Below the pieces are notes generated by a model. The model ran no database searches. It was given only the letters and a program-made list of their open reading frames with translations, and had not been told where the DNA came from. The position numbers and the translations under genes were made by a program. DNA of 58,947 nt, filler included, from Sphacelaria rigidula (Eukaryota): the NCBI GenBank assembly GCA_964200075.2. It is 7 parts of 7 records of this genome, joined end to end, with 100 filler letters (N's around TTAATTAATTAA, not from the genome) between each part and the next. Parts side by side here need not be neighbours in the genome. Positions count along the whole stretch, not along the records: positions 33,744 to 42,078 come from CAXNAA020011481.1; positions 42,179 to 50,513 come from CAXNAA020011482.1; 5 more parts are not named here. One strand, written 5' to 3'. This document shows, piece after piece, positions 37,101 through 50,613 of this stretch (the first letter of the stretch is position 1; each line of letters opens with the position of its first letter).

Positions 37101-40100
37101 ATCAGTTCGGCGTTCGGTTGCCGTCCCGAACCCTGCCATACCACCGAAAAGGTACATATCAAATGCATACCACCGAAGGGGTGTATATCAAGCGCATACT
37201 ATCGACAAGGTTAATATCACCCGCGTGTATTATATCACCCCCCTTGCCCCCTTTGGGGATCGGCGTAGGTTGGTACGACGATGTAAAACACGCTACTCAC
37301 TCTGTCAGCTTGGCAACCGCAATGCCGTTTTTTTCGCTTGCGTTTTTTTTTGCGGTAACCATGATGGTAGTAGACTTAGATCATGTTACGCGGGGTCGAG
37401 AACCTGAACTCCCCGTAAAGGGAATTATCGTATCACGTAATTTTGAAACGGTGGGACGCCAATGAGGCGGTGTATCCCGCGGCTGCCTCTGGAAGTGGCG
37501 ATACCGCAGAAGGAAGCAACTGATTGTAAGCTGTCTTCCATAGGCAAAATAACTAGTGCGCTTCGGGCGGAACAATCTCAGCAGGATGCAGCTCACCCTT
37601 CGAGCGACTCATCGGACACATCTCGGCGCTTCGCGCTTGATGATTGCGAACCCGGTCCGGCGAAAACCCAGCGTGCTCCGTCCCAGCTTTGTAGAGATGC
37701 GAGGTCAATGGTGTTGTGACTATGGCATGCAAGGCCATGAACACACCCCCTCCCGCCCTCCATCTCGAAAGGGATGCGTGGTCAATGGTCAAAAGACTAA
37801 GGCAGGCAAAAATTGAGTACGCCCCCCCCCCCCACCCCCCCCCCCCCCCCCCCCACACCCACCCCGCCGGAGTTCCCCCCTACCTCCGCTGCCCCCACAC
37901 ACGCNNNNNNNNNNCGCCCCCCCCCCCCCCCACCAAAAAGGGGGGGGGGGGCAATGGGCAAAAAACAAAAGACGGCAAAAATTGGTGACCCCCCCCCCCC
38001 CCCCCCCCGCCCCCCGGAAACTTGCCCCTGAGTGATGGGGTTTCGGCTAGTACTGTAGTGACGCCAAAGCTGTACCCGATCGATCGAGGGAAGGGTTAAG
38101 TTGTCGCACATGAATAGTCGTGATAACAAGATACAGGTGAACGAATGGACCACCCGCTAAAGGGAAACGTTGCCACAGGAAGGTCGAAAAAGGGGAAAGG
38201 TAACCACATGGATACAATATTTGGGGACAACCAGTCCCTTGGCCGCGGAAGTTCCCGGGTCCTCAGGACTCTTGTCTATTGCACGAACATGTATTCATTG
38301 GGAGAAAATCAAGCCGCGGGCGCTAGCATATACGCGTCAAAGGCTTTCGGCGCAGAGGAGCTTCCACGCATCGAGGCCCACCCACATCCACATCAAGCGA
38401 ACCCATGAAGAAAAATGGGTCCACACTACTAGCAAGAGGTTCATCATGAGAAGTACAAGACGAGGCTGCGCGGACAGTACGGAAACAGGTGGACGAGGTG
38501 ATTATTTTGGCGGCATTTTGATCGAAATGAGGACCACTGGATCATCCATGAAGATGAACAGCATGCGTGTCCGGTAGCAGTATTTTGGTAGCATAAATTT
38601 ACATATTAACGCCCACGTGTGGGAGAAAACCATAGGTGGTTGAGAGCTAGTCGTTTGTGTCAAATTGACATGTTTGAGTTGTCCGGCCTAAGAAAGTAGA
38701 CACCTTTCGCAGCGCTTTTAGTTTATACAACGTATTTCCTCGACACACGCGTCACACGCGATCGGTGTTCTCCATACAGTGCCGTTTTTCAAGCATGAAT
38801 ATTCTGCTTGAAATGTCATCTTATAGCGAAATTTGAAATGACGACACCCATAAATAATCCCAAACGCTTGAGTGTGTTCTAGCTTAATGTCTAGTAAAAA
38901 CGCATATACAAACGGATCACATGTGACGACGGACAGGGAGAGCCCATGAAACCGTTTCTGAAACTGTTTGGTATCATACTTATTGATTATCAGGATCAAC
39001 GATCGACACATTCTTCGAATATAGAGAGAAGATCGCCGTATTTTGCGCAAAGTATTTCGTTTGATCACTATAACGGCAGGTCAGAGGCGAACACAAACAT
39101 CAGTACCAGTGGTGTTTGGATCTCCTGCACAGTTGTCGGGTGACAGTTCCGGCCCAATGGTGGGTTGTCCGGATAGCGTGGTCACAACCTGCTCCCATGG
39201 CCTCGCTTCTTGTTCGCCCCCCTCGCCTATTGCCGTGTCAGGGGCCTATCGGGCGTTTTCTCGGGACCGGTACTAGTTTCTAGCCTAGATCCTTTGTCGG
39301 TTTACTCACTCTGCTTCCTTCCCTCTTCTTGATTTAGCCCCTTCCTCTCCGGAGTTCCGCTGCACCGAGGTTTATGTTTCGGATAATTGACCTTAGGTGC
39401 ACACGTTCGCCTATCGCGTGACCGCGGCTGATCTCGTAGCGACTGCCTTAACATGCGTCAACCAGCCAACCAGTCATCCATGTCCTAGGCTCCTGTCAAA
39501 AAGCGATGATCACCTACCTGCTTGAAGGCCTCATACATATGGCTCCTCGCTGCCCCCCCCCCAGCCCTCTTCATCCATTCACCTCCCCGCTCCTCCGACG
39601 CTACATGTCCAGCTCCCAGCACGCCTCCCGAGGAAGGTGCCTGCCCAACGACGGCCCCGATCAGCTTCCGACCGTCGTTCGCATAGCGGCGATCAACATC
39701 TCGACCACCCTTACCCGAGAACATCTCGTCTTCGTTCCCCGACGTTGAGAGTATGGGTGATAGCAACGCGTCCTTGGGCTCGCTCTGCTCGTGAAGAGAC
39801 GGTTCGGGGGGCGCGGGGACTAGGAATCATCCACTAAGGCACGCGCACATTTCCGTGAGAGATGGTTCAGACATTATTTATAAAAATAATTGGAGCAAAG
39901 TGTGTATGTACTCGAAGGGGCGCCGGAGGTGGGAAATATGGTGGCTTACAGTAGGTATTGAGGCGTCGGGCCGAATTCCGTGGAATTCACCTCTTGGATG
40001 TGATAGACGTGCCGAACAAACCCCGGAGTTTTGTACCACGTCAAACTGTGTAAATATGTGAAACACCGGTCCAATATCTCTCGTCAGCGCCCCGCCCTTG

Positions 40101-41900
40101 CAGTAGCTTTTTCTGCCCATAGACGGGTTAGGTATTGCAAGGGGGATATCCAGCAGTAGAGGAGCTGGAGTTCGCTATGGTGCACTGCGAAGAACATTGA
40201 ATGAAGACGGAATTCGACGGGCTGCGGGACTGCAGATGATTCATTTTTTCTCGTCGCACTGTCGAAGCGTCACCTCGCTCGGGACGAGTCCATGATCTCA
40301 ATGGAACGACCTATCTCTCCCCCGGTACACGCCTTGCAATTTGGTGTCGAGGATTGGATAATGACAACCAGCAACCTTGCACAGCGTGGGCTCTCGTCGA
40401 ATAGAACTGTTTCTTCTACTTTTCGTTCTCACGTCATCAACGACGGAAATCAGATGCCTGAATAAAATTTTTAAAAAGCATCTGAGTGGTGCTACGGTAG
40501 GGGTGCACAAATATTTTTAGAGATTAGATGAGATTAGAATTGTTATTAAAACAGCCTTTTATCTCATCCAAAACACCACTTATGAAAATATTTGAGAGTA
40601 CGCCCGGATTACTATTCCAATGTGGTGGGGATATATCCCGAATGAATTTGCAAACGGGGATGTCCTGACCTATATTCTTGTGCATCTAGAACCGTTAGGA
40701 GCCCCTGAACCAGACAAGATATCGCGCAAAAAGTGCACCCGTACCGTAGTATTGCTCATCTGCCTGGATTTCAACCGATGTTTTCCGATATAATATCACG
40801 AGTTGAATCATTTCAATTCAGACCACCGGGGCACGGCATGATCCAAATTATCGAAAATAAACCAAGCGCAAGGCAGGTATGTGTCAGACAAGACATGGAT
40901 CCTCTGGTCCCTGATTAAACCTACGGTCTGGTCGGGAGCAGGGAGAGGGGGCGTTATGTTTGCGAGAGTACAACGATGAATAGGCATTCGCGAATAGATG
41001 TATCCTCTGGTTGAACCCAGAATACGTTGTACGTCGTAGAAGTTCCGCGTTTCAGGGAAGACAGCTGTAGCATTTTCGACAGCAATGGGGAAGGGGGGGG
41101 GGCGTACTCGTTTGTTGCTTGCCTTAGTCGTTTGACCATTGACCACGCATCCCTTTCGAGACGGGTGGGCGGGTGAACTAGTGAAATTCCACCCGCAGTG
41201 CTGCATGAGTGCTCTATGCTTGGGGCGATAATCTTTCTTTCTCAATTCTTGCTGATGAAAACGAGGGACTGTCGTCGGCACTCACCCCGATGAATACACA
41301 ACCAACCCTAGGCGGCATGTTTCTGTTGCAGCTGTCAAGTCTTCTCGTTGACTGCAGCCCGTTTCACAAGTTTTTACCGACGGTAGGGAGAACTCTCTTT
41401 GTGCTTTTTGTCGGAAACGCTGCATTTTCCCTTCCCAAGCTCGGTATAAATGCAGGTTTCCCGCGGCTTATTCAATGGAAGGGCATTCATGGATTTTTAG
41501 TCGTTGATTTTATCCCGCGGTCTCGAGAAACATTTACTTTTTCGCGAACACAATTGAGTATGACAATATAGACAGGGCAGACAATGACAATACCTGCGCG
41601 CTGCAAGAAATATGCGCCTCCTTTCTGTTTGGTGAACTGCAGTCAGAATCACACTGTTATCACCTGATTGCATATATATATATTTTTTTTTTCACACCTG
41701 ATAAAAAAACAAGTACATAGAAATATAATTACCTTATCTATCGACGCCGACGGCACGTTCATGCCCCCGCTTTGCTGCTGCTGCCTGGATGCCGGCCGAT
41801 CTCTTGTAGAATCCACGGTAACCGGCCTCGCGTTATCCGGTGCACGGCCGAGTCCGAACCCGTTGTCAGGCTCCACCGTTCCCACAAAGGTCTCCGGATT
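34109..41900 (-). CDS. KIF9: Kinesin-9 family (KIF9/KLP1-like) C-terminal tail. Exons 41733-41900, 39518-39784, 37007-37132, 36126-36214, 34109-34262; motor domain is off-contig
   Basis: Spliced blocks FVGTVEPDNGFGLGRAP, YEAFKQ|GSGRQPNAEL..VNEMKRLIDDLR and DVMDEEEFQ|LVTREREAKRAYKEAFDAL..LRKDLLDAFDTY match the kinesin-9 tail blocks (GFGLGxAP; AFExFK..G..IN..K..ID; IIDEEEF.L..K..Y..LL.EF..WY). GT-AG sites have consistent phases (0,0,0,2). Confidence 0.8.
35775..35868 (+). repeat. LINE-like 3' end with a (TCAAA)n pentamer tail
   Basis: CTATCATGAGACCACGGCTGGACCCCTGGGGGGTCAGTTAAAGTACGACAA followed by (TCAAA)n; sister of 18705-18770. Confidence 0.7.
37270..37830 (+). repeat. Modular dispersed repeat family A, longest copy, ending in poly-C and a small internal gap
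   Basis: Contains the modules seen piecemeal at 1-235, 16711-16772, 23040-23525, 41100-41165, 42005-42078, 45150-45215, 50614-50770, 56690-56750 and 58885-58930. Confidence 0.85.
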
Positions 41901-42078
41901 CTGGGGGGAAGAATGAGTCATTGAAATATCGCAGAAAATGTGAAATACATGGAGGCGGAACCAACGAATTTGCGCCGACATGTGCCCCCGACCTCTTCCC
42001 TCTTTAGCAGGATGCAGCTCACCCTTCATGCGTCTCGCCGATCACACCACGGCGCTTCGCGCTTGGTGGTTGAGTGCG

Positions 42079-42178
42079 NNNNNNNNNNNNNNNNNNNNNN
42101 NNNNNNNNNNNNNNNNNNNNNNTTAATTAATTAANNNNNNNNNNNNNNNNNNNNNNNNNNNNNNNNNNNNNNNNNNNN
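42079..42178. other. Artificial contig linker
   Basis: N44-TTAATTAATTAA-N44. Confidence 0.99.
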
Positions 42179-45100
42179 TGGCCATTTTTCGTACCTTTCT
42201 TAGGCAAAAAACGAGAAGGTATACCTTTTCTAGGCCATTGCCCTTTTATTTTCACCCATTCATTGCGCTAGAGCCGAAAATAAATTTGTTTCAGACCAAA
42301 AACGATCAGTAACACCACCTGTCAATTCAAGTCGAAAGCCGTTTAATATTGACCGCAGAGAAGATTTTGTTCCAGAATGTGGAGCGGATGCCTTGTATCT
42401 CCCGACTGCCAAACGTCGAGGTCAACCGCTCGCTGGGATAAGCGGTGGCACGCGGAAAAACATTGGAAATCGACGACTATGAAAAAATTACAAGAACTCC
42501 TATTTTAGATAAAAACTACTCCGGAGTACTATAGAAACCCTGCAAAAGTGACTTCCCACCTGTGATGCCTACGAGAGTTTTCCCACTGGCCACGACACCG
42601 TTCAGTGTAGGCAATGTACCCTTCTATGGAACAACACGTGGTATTACTGATCTGTCCAGGTATCCATCGGTACGCAACAGTGAGTGGGTAGTGCTATGGA
42701 CGCACGATGTAGGAGGAGGATTTTTCGCAGCAGCAACATAAGCAGAAGCAGTGGCAGGAGTAGAAAGAGCAGGAGGGATGTCCGGAAGAGTATCAACACC
42801 AGCAGCGACAACAAGCGGAGGCAGCGAGGTGGAGCATTGGACCACACCACTTGTTGTAAATCCAGCACTTCCTTATGGTGGAGGCTGTAGCGGGACCGGT
42901 TACACACGGTGGTATGGTGAAGATCGACACGGCGGGAGGGGGGGACGGGCACGGCTCACGTACCTGCAAGTATACGCTATATACCCCGTATATGCACTAC
43001 AGTACTTGACTAAGTATACTGTTCGGGGGAGCAAAAGGGTTGGTGTTGGTGTTATCCCGTGTCAGGGAAGCACGAGTGGTCGCTCGTTCGGCTTGCTGTC
43101 AGTCCGGTGTTCAAGTGTATATATGTTTGTTTCCATAGATCATGCTTTTCTCGCGATTCGGGTGGCCTCAATCGTGTTTTCATCTCGGCCCGCTGGAAGA
43201 TGAAAAACGGCGTGAAGCATATGCATCTCGTTGATCGAAGTTAACGACGGCAATTCACCACAGTTACGGATCCTGCCGGAGAACCACGTACGCGAGAAGA
43301 TCCAGGATTACACGCTTTTGTTATGTGACCCCGACACGGGTTGGAACATACCAAATGAAACTGGTGTTGTCCTGGTGGTCGAAGGCTTTCCACCGGTACC
43401 AGATGCACAACAGATGGGCCCTTTCGTACTATTCGCCCCAGCAAATGTCCTTGATTGTCGCTGATATGTTTTGTGCGACAGGTGAAGCGGGTGCACGTGT
43501 ACGGTCCACCGTGGGACTACGCCCGAGAGGACTTCGAATCGGTCAAGTTTACACCCACCGGATGGTGAGCTATACGCCCATGCGTGGCGTGACGGGACGG
43601 GGGAAGGAGGAGACATCTGCACGTAGCAACGCGTTTTGAGCGCCCATGTTGGGCCGATGTTGATTTTGAGACTTACACAGCTATTCTGAAGGCGGCTGTC
43701 TGGACCCATAACTCAGACCTGAATAGTGAATGGAGAGGAGTGCGGGTAAGGATGCCCAAATAGTGCTGTTGGCCATTTGGTCAGCCGAGGGTCCTAACGT
43801 GAACGCTGATGGTCAGATGATAGCATGTAATAATGTTTGTATTCGATCGTGTGCAATTATCCCCAATGTAGAATACTTGAACACATTGTGTAACTCTGTA
43901 TACGAGAGATGATATACCGTGCTCACTGTTCCTTGAGGGGTTACGATCACGACACCCCCCAATTTTTCGAAGGTTGCGTCATGTCATTATGCCCATGCGC
44001 ACTGGCGTAAGATGTCAATTCCTCAGAAACCCCCGATGTTGACGAGTTTGCCCCTTTTTCGCCCTGGTAGCCTTGCTTCCCAGTTTCCCCCTTTAGCCAA
44101 GCGCTAGTAAGTTAAGGTCATGGGAGTGCCCACAGTACGGTACTAATGCTGTTGCTGTTGTTGTCGTCGTTCACGTACTCAACGCACAACGCCCTGATCA
44201 GCTGAGCATATATGGTCTCGCTCTTGATAACCTAATGCTGTGGCTATAACATTTTGCGTGTTTCGCTCTAAGCCGTTGTGGCCTTCACCGTTTCTGCTGC
44301 TTGCCTTTGCGTTCGTACCGTACTTGCCTATGTTTGCTCTGTCGCAATGATTTTGTAGCAGGGTGCGTTCAGCCGCGAAATCCGCTTTCTCGAAGCTTTT
44401 TCGTCGATAGTGGCGGAGATTGTTCGTTGACTCGTGTCCATTAGCAGGGGCCGTGAAGGCTGCTACGGATGTTTCTCCGATTTTTTGCATCACGTCGCAG
44501 TTTTACTTGCGTAATTATCCAGAAGAGTAGAAACGTTGGGGTGTGAACTAGTGGCTCTGGCCAGTGAGGTTCAACTGGTCGCGCCTGTGACCAATTCATC
44601 GATGTTTTCCAGTTAATTGGCTCCGTCGACTAACTGGAAAAACATCATCGATAAGCCGCGAAGCCGCAAGCCACAACGCCCTCCCGGCTGGTGAGGGGCC
44701 CCCGCGGGAGCGCCGCCGCAGACAAAAAAGTACAGTACTCGGCTTCTTTTACCCTTGAAGAATCTTCACTATGATGCCTGTAACCCGACTAAGAAAAATG
44801 AAAGATACCATCGCTAGTTGGGGCGGATTGTACGCCTTCTATTGGTACCTGCCACGAGTTCAGATTCATTGTTGTCCAGCCGCAAATGGCTCAAACGTCG
44901 GATAACACCTCCATTTTCGCTGAGGTTGATTACGGAGGGGATGCGTTTATTTCATCCCCTGGAAGGGGGATAGGACGAGGAGAGGGTCATGAGGGAGCAG
45001 TGGTGGTGGATATGTTCTAACCACGCCCCCCTCATTTTCAGGGGCATCGCTATTCGTGTGTAAATACCCATGTAACTAGTGAAGCGGTAGATGACACTCC

Positions 45101-46059
45101 CGTCGTAGCTGGAGGCGAGATAGAGCGATTCCATTCCTGGGTGGGGCGACGTGCTCATTTTTTGCTTGCCTTAGTTGTTTTAAAACTGATCACGAATCCT
45201 TTCGAGACGGAGCACCGTTTCCTTCTCCTGATATAGACACCAACATTTCGGCGCTCATTACTTTTCCTCCGTACATATGACACACGGAACTTTTCACATA
45301 TCTTACGGGCTGGTTCAGACTAGGCATATGCGTTTCACCCTTATGGGAACGTTGATGGAAAAGTAGTCTTTCACAAACCCCCTTATACGAGCTTTCGTCA
45401 CGGGAAAACGTCACTTACTTCGAGTTCGGTGCATGAATCTGTCGCATTAGTATACTTGAGCTTGGAGAGGTGCACTGTTCCGGTGGGCTACATCCACACT
45501 TGCAGCAAAACAACCATATCTTGCCCAAGAAAACGTCAATTGTAAATCGTCACTTTTCCATCAACGGATCGAAAAGAATTCAGCTCTCAAAGCAAAATCT
45601 CATCGACGCAGACGAGGTGAGCCGTGATCCGTATATCGTATATTATTACTGGTCTGAGTGAGGGGAAGATGCCCATGTGCTCCAAAATCTGGGCTATTTT
45701 TTCCTTGTTGGTTGAACGCCATGTCAACTAATTCCTATACCGTTTGGACAAAGAGTCAATTGTTGTCGTCGTCGTCGTCGTCGTCGTCGTCTTCATATCA
45801 AAACCGTTCCGATATCTGCGCGGTACATTCGTACTGGGCATCTGATGCGGACGCCTTCCGTGGTCACAGGCTGGCAAAAAAACAAAAACTACAGAATAGA
45901 CCCATATTAAAACTCACATAACGCGATACAAGCAAAACAAAACTCGAGTGTATGGGAAACCCGAACGATATATACAGCGGATGACCGGTTTTTGGTGTGA
46001 AAACTTCCTGGAGCGCGGGGAAAAAATGATCGATACCCTTACCTTCACGCCATTCGTTA

Positions 46060-46210
46060 CCTACACCGCAAAAAAAGGAAGGTGGAGTTCTGAAAAAAAA
46101 GGAAGAGCTCCTGTGTTGGCCTTCATCCTGTGTGAACGCGGCTGGTGCGCCCACATATACCGTAAGGTGTAGACTGGCGTCCCGAATAGATGGGATGACA
46201 ACACACACAA
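46060..46210 (+). mobile_element. 5'-truncated SINE family 1 copy
   Basis: GGAAGGTG..TTGGCCTTC.TCCTGTGTGA..CGGCTG.TGCG.CCACATATACCG..AGGTGTAGACTGGCGTCC..(CA)n matches the inverse of 3156-3300. Confidence 0.8.
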
Positions 46211-46791
46211 CATATATCGAGATATGGCGCACATAAGGTTCCGTACTAAAATCAAAATATTACGAGCTGGGGCACTAGATGCGCTGAATCTGAGTTTCTA
46301 GTCTCAGTGTTTCAGACTTGTGCTTTGAAATTTGGTACTCGTATGGAGAATTGCCAGGTCACAATTAAAAATTCCCAGCTTTTTGAGATTTTACAGTTTA
46401 CTTTCTTCGTGTTTTAGAGGCTTACAGGACATGGACACGGTTCTTAGCCCTCATCTCAGCTTCTCAGCTCAAATCTTGGAATTGTAATTTGAACCTTAGC
46501 ATGGAGAATCGAAAAGGCGTACTGAAGTGAGAGATTGGCCTTAGCCCACTTTTTGTTGGAGGAGGTGAGACCGTTCTCGTAAAAAAAATGGTGTTTGCTA
46601 TATACTCACGCCCTAGACTATGATTAGTTGAAAAAATGAAATAAAACCAACGTTTCCCATTTTTTTGCTTCATCATGCCCTCGCGAGGTTCCACACAAAG
46701 TTTCGAAACACAAGTACCAAACCTGGGCCGGTAAGTGACCTGCAAAATACTGCTCCGAATCTCGACCGGCCCGGTTTCTAAATCGCCAGTT

Positions 46792-47048
46792 GTTCTCACC
46801 TCAATTTTGAGAGCTGGACTCTAAATTTTGGTACGGAGGATGAAAATGGCATACAAATTAGATATAAAACTGGACGGTGAGTTTCCTTTTCATCAGCGGA
46901 GGGCGATGATCAGTTTTCCGTTTTCAGTGAAATGCCGTCAGCTCACGAAAGATGAGAGCTTACAACCCAGAAATCGCTTCCACGGTATGCCCTCCTATTC
47001 ATTCTCCGTACGAGTACCAACGTTTTACGTCTCTCAAAATTGAGGTGC
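46792..47048. mobile_element. MITE related to 12978-13241
   Basis: TTCTCACCTCAATTTTGAGAG ... CTCTCAAAATTGAGGTG inverted termini. Confidence 0.65.
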
Positions 47049-50000
47049 AGCGGGGTCTGTGAACGACAAATAATTCTCATCAAGGCTGGACCACCTCGCA
47101 TCCCCTTACTGTTTCGCCGCCTGTGGCCACCAGCATCTCCCTGGGTGGGGAGAAAAGAGGGGACGGATAAGTACTTTATTGTTGACAACTTCTATCTATC
47201 GATGTTTTCGTGTGTTGAGTTACATTGCCATTCTTGTGTAACAGGCCGGAACGCTAGAGATCACGCGGGTGACAATTGAATTGTGGGGGGATGCGTGCAT
47301 CAAATCTCCGGATCAAGAAGATTTTCAATATTATTATTTCAGTATTCCACATTTCAGATAATATGTATCCCGAGATACTCTTATGTTCCGCTCAAACGTA
47401 TTGCCACTTGCACGATATAGTTCACAATGGTGGATACCACCCCCTAAATTCACGGTGGAAAGCACCCCCGGGGGACGATTATTTTTTTGTGCCCTGTGCT
47501 ACCATTCACTCCCCGCCCAAGTCCGAATTCACCAATATAATGTTGTTTATACACTACCATAATAGGGGTCACGTGTCAACCTCTAGGCTCTTGATGAGTT
47601 CCCTCGTGTATTGGACTCGAAAATCTCAAAAATGTGGCCTAGAAAAGCGTGGAACCCCCCTATATACTAGAATTGGTATAAATATAGCCGGTAGCGGGAA
47701 ACTTCAAATCAAGTGGACAACCGGCGCCCTAGTCGCCAGTCCAAGTTTAAGCTCAGTTCCAGATTAAGCGACGGTCGAACTGAACCGGTCCACGGCCCTA
47801 CTTGAATGACATTAAAATCTGATCCAAGGTGGCGAGCGATTCGAGAATCATGTCTTTGTCTCATGCAGCAGTAGAGACTCTCCACGAGGAGCGGAGGGTG
47901 GGAACAAGTACGCCAAGTGAAGGTTCAGCACTTCGACCGACGGGTCCTCACTAATTCATTCGAATTTTGAGCAGCTTGCGTGCTGCGCTTGCCCTCTTTC
48001 GTTTCGGCTGTTTCAGTACATTCAATACACCTCAAGCTTCGAAAACTTACTGCACGACACGTGCGACTTCACAGAAAACATCTTCAATGCGTTGATGATG
48101 CCTCATGTGGAGGTCAGGCCCATGGTCTTTCCAGGGAGAGCAGAGTATCCGTCCCCGGGGGTGGTATCCCGCGTTTTGTCCTACCTCAGACAAACGGGGG
48201 TACTCCATAGGCTATCGTAGGCTTACATGGTAGGTGTGTCGATGTTTTGACGATACGTGTCATGCGTTCAGAAACAAAACTTTATTTTCTCACTTTCTTC
48301 AGCAACAAGGGTAGGCAATTGAGAGAAAAATAGCCGGAGAGTGGACGGAGCAGTCGATCACTCGACTGCGATTGTTGTTGTGAATTATCCGGTCACGTAC
48401 GAGTCGTGAGCGGTACGAGTATCCATATACTACTTGTACAAGATAAAAGGAGGAGGGAATAGTTGCGCGAGCCAAATTCGGCCGCCTAGAATGATTTTGA
48501 TTCTCGCTGAAAGAGAAACGATTGGAACACCTGCGGCTAGAAATCTCAGAGGATTTTGATCGATTGATTGATTCAAGGGGATGCGGGAAAGAAAAACTGG
48601 TTGGCCTAGGGTCTGATCAAATTCTCGTGTTTCTAACAGCCGACGCACGTTAACCCGGCCTACGAGCTTCATCACTCGCACCACCTCGGCTCTTTGCGCT
48701 TCTTCGCGATTTCTCTCCATCATCGCCGGCACAAGGCAGAGCAAGGACTCTCAACCTGGGAGGGATTGGTCTCCTGCTTCGTCCCCTCTGGACTTCTTTA
48801 ACCAGTAGTTGGCACGGGTGAGAACAAATCATTTGCTGTGTACCCCCAATTGTTCCAACCAACTGTTGCGGTGCTCATGTGAAAGTTTTACGATGCCTTT
48901 TTACCAGTCCCATCATCTCGAGAATACGTAAAACATATTCACGGAAGAGGCGCTGGGCTTGCTTGCACCCTCCGCCGTGGGCAGCAATGCAGTGTCACCA
49001 GTGTAGGGGTCGCGTCTTTTTGGCCACCTCATTTTGAGGGAGAGACCCATGCGGAAACAACCGCATGGACCTCTACGGCACGCGAGGCTACTGTTTGTAT
49101 GGAGTTGTACTCTCAATTTTCGTGGCGGGCAGTCCTTCGGGCGGTTTAATATAAACAACAACAGTAGTTATGGATGCGGCACATATTGATTGTTGTCGGT
49201 TAATGTCGGCATACTGTAAATATGGAACATGTGAGAAAAGCCACGCCGCAGCCTGAATTTGTACTGTTCGGGCACTCTCTTTGCGTTTCATCTCGTCTTA
49301 CGGCGTACCAGCCATCATCGTCGCATAGTGTACGAAGACCCTACTCAATATAATATCCTATTCCGAGCTCCGCCGTATCTTCGGTTCGCCGTTGGAAGAC
49401 ATGACACGTAAATCAACACAGACTAAGCCAATGTCTTACAAATAATGTAGACCAGTAGCGACGTATGGTGCTGTGTTGTCGCATGACGTACGGCACCTAG
49501 ATCGCGGTTGTGCACCGACGAAGACCACCAACCCATTCCCACACGAAACACCGACCGCAGTTTCCCCACCCCTGTATGTGCCTACTGCACGGTCAGGTGT
49601 GCTGGTGTACGCGGCGGGAGCTGTTCCGGAAATACCGACACCTACGTCTCGGGGACTTGCCACCTAGGACGGATCGTGTGCGACTACAAGCAGTACAACA
49701 CACATCTGTAGTCCTCACAGCTCGGACAGAGCAGACGGATTTTTGTTAGCCAAGACCAGCAGCAGTAACCTGCAGCACTTACTCGGAGGTTAACAACAAC
49801 AACAGGTGAGCAGCCACTTTTCGTTGAAGCAACGACAGGCAAAGACACTATAATACCTGTCACATATTGGCTCGGCTTGCGATGCGGGTATACCGACGTG
49901 CTTGTTGTGTGTGCCCGCGCGGGTTGCCTCAGTCATGGTCCATCATGCAGTCGACGCGTTAACGCGTTGTGTTCGGTCAGCGTTAATTTGAATTCACCTC

Positions 50001-50513
50001 CACGGGTGAGTTTTGAGAACCTGCTGCCTGTAGAGTTCGGCAGGTCGAAATTCGAAGAATCAACACAAATCGACGGAGGTACAGTAGACAGTAGAATACG
50101 AACAACAGCAGCCGCGACAGAAAGTTGTGTCTTGATATAATGCAAACGCTAACCGTAACTCCAACTCAAGGCATACCGAGAACCCTCGGGTAAGTAAGTG
50201 GTGCTCTAGGCAGGTGTGCGTTGGCAGACTCAAAACGGTGCACTTTTCACGAAGAGTTCGTCTATGACCCTGGGGCATCAGTTGAAGTTCGACGATCAAT
50301 TAATCAACAATCAAACCGATCCCATCATATGTTCGCCTGTACAGGCGTACAAGTATACCGGTGGCGTCACTACTGAAGAGACGCAAATTATTTGAGGCGA
50401 GGCTATGATTATTCTCGCCGAGCCAAGCATAATTTATTGCAGACAATTTCTTACCTTCCGCACACGTGCAATGATGAATTTCTTAGAGACCAATATCTTA
50501 GGGGGAGGGGGGG

Positions 50514-50613
50514 NNNNNNNNNNNNNNNNNNNNNNNNNNNNNNNNNNNNNNNNNNNNTTAATTAATTAANNNNNNNNNNNNNNNNNNNNNNNNNNNNNNN
50601 NNNNNNNNNNNNN
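50514..50613. other. Artificial contig linker
   Basis: N44-TTAATTAATTAA-N44. Confidence 0.99.

Noticed and set aside
37822-38012. Proline-rich ORFs across poly-C/poly-G
   Set aside because: Low-quality homopolymer region with an internal N gap and a garbled duplicate of the repeat tail.
45580-49810. Candidate micro-exons in contig 6 (e.g. LSKQNLIDADE ~45583-45617, EMLVATGGET ~47110-47140 minus, GVLVYAAG ~49597)
   Set aside because: Splice-like sites only; no consistent strand or phase chain and no recognisable protein.
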